64,000 bases of DNA, taken from assembly GCF_009914755.1 (NCBI RefSeq), contig NC_060946.1. One strand, 5' to 3'. This DNA is from the human T2T-CHM13v2.0 reference genome, Homo sapiens. The position numbers were made by a program, and so were the translations under genes. Under the pieces are notes generated by a model. The model saw only the letters and a list, made by a program, of their open reading frames with translations, searched no databases and was not told the DNA's origin. Below, in pieces: positions 41,001-53,000 of the stretch (position 1 is its first letter; every line of letters starts with the position of its first letter).

Positions 41001-44000
41001 CGAGTGGAATGGAATGGAATGGAATGGATCGGAAGGGAACGGAGTGGAGTGAAGTGGGGTTGAGTGGAGTGGATAAAAGTGCAGTGGAAAGGAATGGAAT
41101 TGAATATAATGGAATGGAGTGAAGTGTAAAGGAACGGAATGGAATGGAGTGGAGTGGAATGGATTGTAGTGGAATAGAGTGGAGTGGAGTGGAATGGAAT
41201 GGAGTCGAGTGGAATTGAAAGGAATGGAGTGTACTGGAATGGAATGTAGTGGAATGAAGTGGAGTCAAATGGAACGGAGTGGAGTGGAGTGGAGTTCATC
41301 AGAGTGCAGTGGACTGGAATGTAATGTAATGTCATGGAATGGACTGGAGTGGAATGGAATTTAATGGAGAGCAGTGGAGTGGAGTGCAGAGGAGATTAAT
41401 GGAATACAGTGGAGTGGAATGGAGTGCAGAGGAGATTAATGGAATAGAGTGGAGTGGAATGGAATGGAATGCCATGGAATGACATGGAGTAGAGTTTAGT
41501 GAAATGGAATGGAGAGGAGCGGAGTGGAGTGGAATGGAGTGGACTGCAGTGGATTGGAGTGGAGTGGAACGGAGTGGAGTGGACTGCAGTGGATTGGAGT
41601 GCAGTGGAATGGAGTGGAGTGGAACGGAGTGGAATGGAAGGGAATGGAATGGAACGGAATGCAAAGGAATGGTGAAATGAAATGTCAGCTAAGACTGTGC
41701 CACTGAACTCCAATCTGGATGACAGAGTAAGATCCAGTCGAAATAAAGGAATGGAATGTAATGGAGTAAAATCCAATGGAATGGCAGTGGAGTGGATTGG
41801 AATGGAGTAGAAAAGAGTGGACTGGAGTGGACTGGAGTGGAGTGGAATGGAGTGGAGTGGAATGGAGTGGAATGGAGTGGAATGGAATGGAATGAGGTGG
41901 AATGGAATGCAATGGAGTGGAACAGAATGGAGTGCTGTGGAGTGGAGTGGAATGGATTTGAATGGAGAGAAAGTAGTGGAGAGGAATGGAGTGGAGTGGA
42001 ATGGAATGGATTAGAATGGAACAGAATGGAACAGAACAGAACGGAATGGAATGGAATGTTTAGGACTGGAGTGGAGTTGAGTGGAGGGGATCAGAGTGCA
42101 GTGGAATGGAATGGAATGGAATGGAATTGAGTCGAGTGGAGTGAAGTGGAGTGCAGTGTAATGGAGTGAAATGGAATGGAGTGGAGTGGAATGGAATGGA
42201 ATGGAATGGAATGGAACGGAACGGAATGGAATGGAATGGAATGGAATGGAACGGTGGAATGAAATGTGAGCTATTAATGAAGTAAAATGCAATGGCATGG
42301 AGTGGAGTGCAGAGAGTGGAATGGAGTGGAGTGCAGTGGAATGAAATGGAATGGAATGAAGAGGAATGGAGTGCAGTTTAGTGGAGTGGAGTAAAATGGA
42401 GTTGATTGGAGTGGAGCAGAGTGGAGTGGAATGGAATGGAGTGGAGTGGAATGGAATGAAATGAAATGGAAAGGAATGCAATGGAATGGAATGGATTTGA
42501 ATGGAATGGAATGGAACGGAGTGGAGTGGAGTGCAGTGGAGTGGAATGGATTGGACTGTAATGTAGAGAACTGGATTGGAGTGGAATGGAGTGGAGTGGA
42601 ATAGAGTGGAGTGGAATGGAGTGGAGTGTAGTGGAGTGGAATGGAGTGAAATGGAGTGGCGTGGAAAGGAGTGGAAGGGAGTGAAATTGAGTAGCATGGA
42701 ATGGAGTGGAATGAAATGGAATGGAGTCGAGTGGAATGGAGTGAAATGGAGTAGAATGGAGTGGAGTGGAGAGGAGTGAAATGGAGTGAAATGGAGTGGA
42801 ATTTAGTGGAGTGGAGTGGAATGATGTGGAATGGAGTGAAATGGAGTGGAGTGGAGTGGCGTGGAGTGGAATGGAGTGGAATGGAATGGAACATAACAGC
42901 ACGGAATGGAACGGAATGGAATGGAGTGTATTGGAGTGGAGTGGAGTGTATCAGAGTGCAGTGGAATGGAATGGAATGGAATGGAATGCAGTGTCGTGGA
43001 GTGGGGTTTAATGTAGTGGAGTGGAATGGAGTGTAGTGGAGTGGAGTAGAGTGGACTGGAGTGGAAGGGAGTGTTATGGAGTGGAATGGAGTGGAGTGGA
43101 GTGGAATGGAATGGAATGGAAAGGAAGAAAATGCAATGGAAAGGAATGGAAAGGAAAGGAATGGAATAGAGTTGATTGGAGTGCAGTGGAGTTGAGTGGA
43201 CTGGAGTGGAGTGGAAAGAAATGGAATGGAATGGAATGGAACTGTGAAATGAAATGTGAGCTAAGATTGTGCCACTGAATTCCTGTCTGGGTAAAAGAGT
43301 GAAACCAAGTCGAAATGAAAGAGTGGAATGGAATGCAGTAGAATGGAATGGAATGGCGTGGAGTGCAATGGAATGGAGTGGCATGGAGTGGAGTGGAATG
43401 GAATGGAATGGAATGGAGTGGAGTGGAGTGGAATGGAATGGAGTGGAATGGATGGCAGTATAACGGAGTGGAATGGAATGGAATGGAATGGAGTGGAATG
43501 GAATGGAATGTAGTGGAAAGGAGTGGAGTGGATTGGAATGGAGTGGACAGGAGTGGAGTGGAACTGAATGGAAAGGAATGGAGTTGAATGGAATGGAATG
43601 GAGTGTAGTGGAATGTACAGGAGTGGAATGGAATGGAGTGGAATGGAAAGAAATAAAATGGAATGGAATGGAACGGAGTGGAGGGGAGTGCAGTGGAGTG
43701 GAGTTGTGTGGAGTGGATGGGAGTGCAGTGGAATGGAATGGTATGGAATGGAATGGAGTGGAGTGGAGTGAAGTGGAGTGGAATGCAGGGGAACAGAATG
43801 GAGTGGAGTTGAATGGAATGGAATGGAACAGAATGGAATGGAACAGAATGAAATGGAACGGAATGGAAAGTAGTGGAGTGGAGTGGAGTGGAGTGGAGTG
43901 GAGTTGAGTGGAGTGAAGTGGATTGGAGTGCAGTGGAATGGAATGGAATGAAATGGAAAGGAATAGAATGGAATGGAATGAGGTGGAGTGGAATAGAATT

Positions 44001-47000
44001 GAGTGGAGTGGAGTGGAGTGGAGTGGATTTCCATGGATAGGAATGGAATGGAATGGAATGGTGAAATGTAAGGTGAGCTAAGATTGTGCCACTGCACTCC
44101 AGTCTGGGTGACAGAGTGAGATCCAATCGAAATAGAGGAATGGAATGGAATGGAGTAGAATGGAATGGAATGGAATAAAGTGGTATGGAATGGAGTGGAA
44201 TGGAGTGGAGTGGAGTGGAATGGAGTGAAATGGAGTGGCATGGAATGGAATGGAGTGGAATGAAGTGAAGTGGAGTGAATGGAGTGAAGTGAAGTGGAAT
44301 GGATTGAGGTGAAATGGAGTGGATTGGAATTCAATGGAATGGGATGGAATGGAAAGCAATGGAATGGAGTGGAATGGAATGGAATGGAGTTGAATGGAAT
44401 GGAGTGGAGTGGAGTGAAGTGAAATGGAGTGGAGTGTAGTGGAATGGAATGGAATGGAGTGGAGTGGAGTGGAATGGAGTGGAGTGGAGTGGAAAGAAAT
44501 GGAATGGAATGAAGTAGAGTGGAGTGGAGTTGATTGGAGTGGAGTGGAATGGAGTTGATTGGAGTGGAGCAGAGTGCAGTGGAGTGGAGTGGAATGGAGT
44601 TGACTGGAGTGGAGCAGAGTGCAGTGGAGTGGAGTGGAATGGACTGGAATGGAGTAGAATGGAATGGAGTGGAGTAGAATGGAATGAAATGGAATGGAAT
44701 GCAATGGAATGGAACAGAGTGGAATGGAATGCGATGGAACGGAGTGGAGGGGAGTGGAGTACAGTGGAGTGGAATGGAATGGAGTGTAATGCAGAGAAAT
44801 GGAGTGAGGTGGAATTGAGTGGAGTGGAATAGAATGGTCAGGTATGGAATGGAACGGAACAGAATGGAAGGGAACGGAATTGAACTTAGTGGATTAGACT
44901 GGAGTGGAGTGGAGTGGAGTGGATCGGAGTACAGTGGAATGGAATGGAATGGAATGGAATGGAATGCAATGGAGAAATGAAACGTGAGCTTAGATTGCGC
45001 CACTGCTCTCCAATCTGGGTGAGAGAGTGAGATCCAATCGAAATAAAGGAATGGAATGGAATGGAATGGAGTAGAAAGGAATGGAATGGAGTGGAGTGGA
45101 ATGGAATGGAAGGGAATGGAGTGGAACGGAATGGAATGGAGTGGAATGGAGTGGAATGGATTGAAGTGGAATGGATTGGAAAGGAACGGAATGGAGTGGA
45201 GTGGAATGGAATGGAAGGGAATGGAGTGGAATGGAATGGAATGGAGTGGAATGGAGTGGAATGGATTGAAGTGGAATGGATTGGAAAGGAATGGAATGGA
45301 GTGGAGTGGAATGGAATGGAAGGGAATGGAGTGGAATGGAATGGAATGGAGTGGAATGGAGTGGAATGGATTGAAGTGGAATGGATTGGAAAGGAATGGA
45401 ATGGAGTGGAATGGAACGGAATGGAGTGGAATGGAGTGAAGTGGGCTGAAGTGGAATAGATTGGAATGGAATGGAATGGAATGGAGTGGAATGGAATGGA
45501 ATGGAATGGAGTGGAGTGGAATGGAATAGAGTGGAACGGAGTGGAATAGATTGAAGTGGAATGGACTGGAAAGGAATGGAATGGAGTGGAATGGAATGGA
45601 ATGGAGTGGAATGGAGTGAAGTGGACTGAAGTGGAATGGATTGGAATGGAATGGAATGGAGTGGAATGGAATGGAATGGAGTGGAGTGGAATGGAATGGA
45701 AGGGAATGGAGTGGAATGGAATGGAATGGAATGGAGTGGAATGGAGTGGAATGGATTGAAGTGGAATGGATTGGAAAGGAATGGAATGGAGTGGAGTGGA
45801 ATGGAATGGAAGGGAATGGAGTGGAATGGAATGGAATGGAGTGGAATGGAGTGGAATGGATTGAAGTGGAATGGATAGGAAAGGAATGGAATGGAGTGGA
45901 ATGGAATGGAATGGAGTGGAATGGAGTGAAGTGGGCTGAAGTGGAATAGATTGGAATGGAATGGAATGGAGTGGAATGGAATGGAATGGAATGGAGTGGA
46001 GTGGAATGGAATAGAGTGGAACGGAGTGGAATAGATTGAAGTGGAATGGACTGGAAAGGAATGGAATGGAATGGAGTGGAATGGAATGGAATGGAGTGGA
46101 ATGGAGTGAAGTGGACTGAAGTGGAATGGACTGGAATGGAATGGAATGGAGTGGAATGGAATGGAATGGAGTGGAGTGGAATGGAATAGAGTGGAACGGA
46201 GTGGAATAGATTGAAGTGGAATGGACTGGAAAGGAATGGAATGGAATGGAGTGGAATGGAGTGAAGTGGATTGAAGTGGAATGGATTGGAATGGAATGGA
46301 ATGGAAGGGAATGGAGGGGAGTGGATTGGAATGGAGTGGAGTGGAATGCTGTGGAGGGGAATGGCGTGGAATGAAGTGGAAAGTAGTGGAATGGAATGGA
46401 ATGGAGTGGAATGGAGTGTAATGGAATGAGGTGGAATGAAAGGGAGTGGAGTGGAGTGCAGTGGAGTGGAGTGGAGTCGAGGTGAATGGAGTGGAATGGA
46501 GTGAAATGGAGAGGAGTGGAAAGGAGTGGAGTGGAACGGAATGGAGTGGAATGGAACGTAAAGGAAAGCACTGGAACAAAATTGAAAGAACTGCAGTGGA
46601 GTGGAATAGTATGCAATGGAATGGAATGGAAAGGAATTGAATGGAATGGAATGGAGGGCATTGGAGTGGAGTGGTGTGGAATGGAGTGGAGTGGAATGGA
46701 GTGGAAGGGATTGGAATGGAGTGGAATGGAATGGGGTGGAATGGAGTGGAATGGAGTGGAATGGAGTGCAATGGAATGGAGTGGAATGGAATGGAATGGA
46801 ATGGAACGGAAAGGAATGAAATGGAATGGAATGGAATGGAATGGAAAGTAACGGAACGGAATTGAGCGCAGTGGACTGCAGTGGTTTTGAGTGGAATGGA
46901 TTGGATTGCCGTGGAGTAAAATGGAATGCAATGGAAAGGAGTGTAGAGCAATGGAGAGGAGTGGAGTGGATTGGAGTGGAATGGAATGGAATGAAATGGA

Positions 47001-50000
47001 TTGGTGAAATGAAATGTGTGCTCAGATTGAGCCACTTCACTCCAGTCTGGGTGACAGAGTGAGATCCAGTCGAAATAAAGGAATGCAATGGAACAGAGTA
47101 GAATGGAATGGCATGGAGTGCAGTGGATTGGAAGGGAGTGGAATGGAGTAGTGTGGAGTGGAATGGAATGGAGTGGAACGGAGTGGATTGGAATGGAGTG
47201 TAATGGAGTGGAATGGAATGCAGTTTAGTAAAGCGGAGTGGAATGGAGTGGAATGGAGGGAAATGGATTGGAGTGTAGTGGAGTGGAGTGGAATGGAATG
47301 GATTGCAATGGAATGGAAAAGAATGGAACGAAATGGAACAGAATGGAATGGAGTGGAGTGGAGTGGAGTTGCATAGAATGTATTGGAGTGCAGTGGAATG
47401 GACTGGAAAGGAAAGGAATCGAATGGAATGAAAGGGAATGGAGTGGAGTGGACTGGTGTTTAGTGGAGTGGAGTGGCGTGGAGTGGAGTGGAATGGAATG
47501 GTATGGAATGGAACAGAGTTCAGTGGAGTGGAGTGGAGTGGAGTTGAGTGGAGTGGAGTGGAATGAAATGGAATGGAATGGTGAAATGAAATGTGAGCTA
47601 AGATTGTGCCACTGCACTCTGCTCTGGGTGACAGAGTGAGACCCAGTCAAAATAAAGGAATGGAATGGAATGGAGCAGAACGTAACTGAGTAGAGTGGAG
47701 TGGAATGGAATGGAGTGGCATGGAGTGGAGTGGAGAGGAATGGAAATGGAGTGGAATGGATTGCAGTATAACGGAGTGAAATGGAAGTGGAGTGGAATGG
47801 ATTGTAGTATAACGGAGTGGATTGGAGTGGAAAGGAATGGAACTGAAAGGAGTGGAATGGAATGCAATGTAGTGGAATGGAGTGGAATGGAGTGGAATGT
47901 AGAGGAGTGGGGTGGAATGGAGTGGAGTGGAGTGGAATGGAATGGAATGGAGTGGAACAGAATGGAATTGAATGGAATGGAGTGGAACGGAATGGAATGG
48001 AGTGGATTGGAATGTAGTGGATTGGAAACGAATGTAGTGGAATGGAATGGAATGGAACGGAATAGAACGCAATGAAACGGAGTGGAGTGGAGTGCAGTGA
48101 AGTGGAGTTGTGTGAATGGGGTGGGAGTGCAGTGGAATGGAATGGAATGGAGTGGAGTTGAGTGAATTGGAGTGGAATGGAGTGGAATGGAATGGACTGG
48201 ATTGGAATGGAATGGAGTGGAGTTGAGTGAATTGGAGTGGAATGGAGTGGAATGGAATGGACTGGATTGGAATGGAATGGAGTGGAGTTGAGTGAATTGG
48301 AGTGGAATGGAGTGGAATGGAATGGACTGGATCGGAATGGAATGGAATGGAATGAAATGGAATGGAATGGAAGAGAATGGAGTTGAACGGAATGGAACGT
48401 AGTGGAGTGGAGTGGAGAGCATTTGACTGGAGTGGACTGGAGTGAAGTGGAATGGAATGGAATGGAATGGAATGGAAAGGAATGGAATTGAAAGGAAAGG
48501 AAAGGAAAGGAAAGGGGTGGAGTGGAATGGAATGGAGTGGAGTGGAGTGGAGTAGAATATAATAGAATGGAATGGAATGGAATGCCATGGAATGGAATGA
48601 TGAAATGTAATGTGCGCTAAGATTGTGCCACTGCACTCCAGTCTGGGTGACAGAATGAGATCCAATTGAAATAAAGGAATGGAATGGAATAGAGTAAAGA
48701 AGAATGGAATGGAGTGGAGTGGAGTGGAGTGGAGTGGAATGGAGTGGAATGGAATGGAGTGCAATGACATGAGGTGGAGTAGAATGTAGCGAGTGGAGTG
48801 GAATGGACAGAAGTGGAATGGAGTGGAGTGGAGTGGAATAGAGTGGAGTGGAGTGGAAAGTAGTGGAGCGGAGAGGAATGGAATCGAATGGAATGGAATG
48901 GAAAGGAATGGAATGGAATGGAATGGAATGGAATGGAATGGAATGGAATGGAATGCCATGGAATGGAATGATTAAATGTAATATGCGCTAAGATTGTGCC
49001 ACTGTACTCCAGTCTGGGAGACAGAGTGAGATCCAATCGAAATAAAGGAATGGAATGGAATAGAGTAAAGAAGAATGGAATGGAGTGGAGTGGAGTGGAG
49101 TGGAATGGAGTGGAATGGAATGGAGTGGAATGACATGAGGTGGAGTAGAATGTAGCGGAGTGGAGTGGAATGGATAGAAGTGGAATGGAGTGGAGTGGAA
49201 TGGGGTGTAGTGGAATGGAAAGGAGTGGAGTGGAGAGGAATGGAATGGAGTGGAATGGAATGGAATGGAATGCAATGGAATGGAATGGAGTGGAGTGGGA
49301 TGGAATGGAATGGAGTGGAGTGGAATGGAATGGAATGGAGTGGAGTGGAGTGGAGTGGAATGGAATGGAATGGAATGGAATGGAGTGGAGTGGAATGGAA
49401 TGGAATGGAGTGGAATGGAATGGAGTGGAATGGAATGGAATGGAATGGAATGGAATGGAGTGGAATGGAATGGAATGGAATGGAGTGGAGTGGAACGGAA
49501 TGGAATGGAATGGAGTGGAATGGAATGGAATGGAACGGAATGGAATGGAATGGAATGGAGTGGAATGGAATGGAATGGAACGGAATGGAGTGGAATGGAA
49601 TGGAATGGAGTGGAGTGGAGTGGAATGGAATGGAATGGAGTGGAGTGGAATGGAATGGAATGGAGTGGAATGGAATGGAATGGAATGGAATGGAATGGAG
49701 TGGAATGGAATGGAATGGAATGGAGTGGAATGGAATGGAGTGAAATGGAAGGGAGTGGAGTGTAGTGGAGTGGAATGGAGTGTAATAGAGTGTAATGGAG
49801 TGGAATGGAACAGAATGGAACGGAATGCAATGGAACGGAGTGGAGTGAGTTGGAGTGGAGTTGAGTGAAGTGGATTGGAGTGCAGTGGAATGGAATGGAA
49901 TGGAGTGCAGTGGAGTGCAGTGGAGTGGAGTGGCATGGAGTGGAGTGGAGTGGAGTAAAATGGAGTGGAATGGAATGGAGTCGAGTGGAATGGAATGGAA

Positions 50001-53000
50001 TGGAATGAACGGAATGGAATTGATCAGAAGGGAACAGAGTGGAGTGCAGTGGAGCTGTGTGGAGTGGATAAAAGTGCAGTAGAAAGGAATGGAATGGAAT
50101 TTAGTGGAATGGATAGAAGTGGAATGGAATGGAATGGAATGGAGTAGAATGGAGTGTCGTGGAATGTAGTGGAGTGGAGTGGAATGGAAGGGAGTGGAGT
50201 GGAATGGAATGGAATGGGGTGGAAAGGAATGGAATGAAGTGGAATGGAATGGAGTGCTGTTGAGTCGAGTTAAATGAAGTGGAATGGAGTGAAATGGAGT
50301 GGAGTGCAATGGAGTGGAGAGGAAAGGAATGGATTAGAATAGAATGGAAGGGAACAGAATGGAACGGAATGGAATGGAGTGTAGAGTAGTGGAGTGGAGT
50401 GGAGTTGAGTGGAGTGGATCAGAGTGCAGTGGAATGGAATGGAATGGAATGTAGTAGAGTCGAGTGGAGTGAAGTGGAGGCAGTGGAATGGAGTGGAATG
50501 GAATGGAGTGGAATGGAATGGAAGGCAATGGAATGGAATGGGGTGGAGTGGAATGGAAAGGAGTGGAGTGTAATGGAATGGAATGGAGTGGAGTTGTGTG
50601 GACTTGAGTGGAGTGGAGGGGACTGAAGTGGAATGGAATGGAATGGAATTCTGAAAAGAAATGTGAGCTAAGATTATGTCACTGCATTCCAGTCTGGGTG
50701 ACAGAGTGAGATCCAATTGAAATAATGGAGTGGAATGGAATGGAGTAGAATGGAATTGAATGGAGTGGAGTGGAATGGAATGGAGTGGAACGGAGTGGAA
50801 GGGAGTGGAATGGAACGGAATGGAATGGAGTGGAATGCAATGGAATGGAGTGGAGTTGAATGGAGTGGAGTTGAATGGAATGGAGTGGAATGCAATGGAA
50901 CGGAACAGAATGGAACAGAATGGAACAAAATGAAACGGAGTGCAGTGGAGTGCATCAGAATGGAGTTTAGAGTAGTGGATTGGAGTGCAGAGGAATGGAA
51001 TGGAATGGAATGGAATGGAATGGAATGGGGTGGAGTGGAATGGAGTGGAACGGAGTGTAATGGAAAGGAGTGGACTGGAATGGAATGGAAAAACGGAACG
51101 AAATAGAATGAAAAGGAATGGAATGGAATGGAATGGAATGGAATGGAATGGAACGGAATGGAATGGAATGGAACGGAATGGAGTGGAGTGGAGTGGAGTG
51201 GAATGGATCAGAGGGCAGTGGAATGGAATAGAATGGAACGGAAAATAATGAAGTGTAGTGGAATGGAACAGGGTAGAGTGGAGTGGATTGGAGTGGAATG
51301 GAGTGCCATGGAATGGAACAGGGTAGATTGCAGTGGATTGCAGTGGAATGGAGGGCCGTGGAGTGAAATGGAGTGTAGTGGAATGGGGTGGAGTGGAATG
51401 GAGTGGAATGGAGTGAAATGGAATAGAATGGATTGGAGTGTAATTAAATGGAATGGAGTGGAATGGAGTGAAGGGGAGTGGAGTGGAGTGAAATGGAGTG
51501 CAACGGAATGGAGTGGATTGGAATGGAATGGAGTGTAATGGAAAGGAATGGAACGGAAATGAACAGAGTGGAATGCAGTGGACTGGAGTGGATTGGAGTC
51601 TAGTGGAGTGAATCGGAGTGCAGTGGGTTGGAATGGAATGGAAAGGAGTGGAGTGCTGTGGAGTGGAGTGGATTGGATTGGAGTGAAGTGGAAAGGAGTG
51701 GAATGGAGTGAAATGGAGTGGAATGGAATGGAGTGGAGTGGAAAGGAATGGAGTGAAATGGAACAGAATGGAATGGAAGGGAATGGAAAGGAATGGAATG
51801 GAAGGAACGGAATGGAGTGGTGTGGAGTTGAGAGGAATGGATCAGAGTGCAGTGGAATGGGATGGAATGGAATTGAGTGCAATGGAATGGAATGGAGTGG
51901 AATGAAATGCAATGGAAGGCAGTGGACTTTTGTGGAGTTGAGTGGAATGGAGTGGATTAGAGTGGGATGGAATGGAATGGAAGGGAATAGAATGGAATGG
52001 AATGGAATGGAATGGAGTGGAATGGAATGGTGAAAAAATGTGAGCTAAGGTTGTGCCACTACACAACAGTCTGGGTGACAGAGTGAGATCCAGTAGAAAT
52101 AATGGCATGGAATTTAATGGATTAGAATGGAAAGCAATGGAGTGGAATGGAAAGGAATGGAGTGGAATGGAGTGCAGTGGAGTGGAATGAAGTGGAGTGC
52201 AATGGACGGGAATGGAGTGGAATGAAATGGAATGGAAGGGAGTGGAATGGAAAGGAATGGAGTGGAGTGGAATGGAGTGGAGTAGAAAGGAATGGAGTGC
52301 AACGGAATGGAACAGAACGGAGCAGAACGGAACAGAATGCAATGGAGTGGAGTTGAGTGGAGTGGATTGGAGTGAAATGTAATGGAATGTAATGGAATTG
52401 AACAGAGTAGAGAGGAGTGAAGAGTAGTGGAGAGGAATGGAGTGGAATGGAATGGAGTGCAATGGAATGGAATGGAATGGACCAGAACGGAATGGAATGG
52501 AATTGAATGGAGTGGAATGGAATAGAATGCAATGCAATGGAATGCAGTGGAGTCGAGTGGAATGTAATGGAGTGAAGTGGAATGGAATGGAATGGAGTGG
52601 AATGCAATGGAATGGATTGGAGCGGAATGGAATGGAATGGAATGGAATGAAGTGGAGTGGAATGGAATGGAGTGGAGGGGAATGGAATGGAATGTAGTGG
52701 AATGGAATGGAGTGGAGTGGAATGGAATCGAGTGGAGTGGAATGGCATGGAATGGATTGGAGTGCAGTGGAATGGAATGCAATGGAATAGAATGGAATGG
52801 AATGGAATGGAATGGTGCAATGAAATGTGAACTAAGATTGTGCCACTGCACTCCAGTATGGGGGCAGAGAGAGATCCAGTCAAAATAAAGGACTGGACTG
52901 GAATGGAGGAAAATTGAATGGAATGGACTGTGTGGAAAGGAGTGGATTGGAATTGAATGGAGTGTAACGGAGTGGAGTTCAGTGGAATGGAATGGAATGG

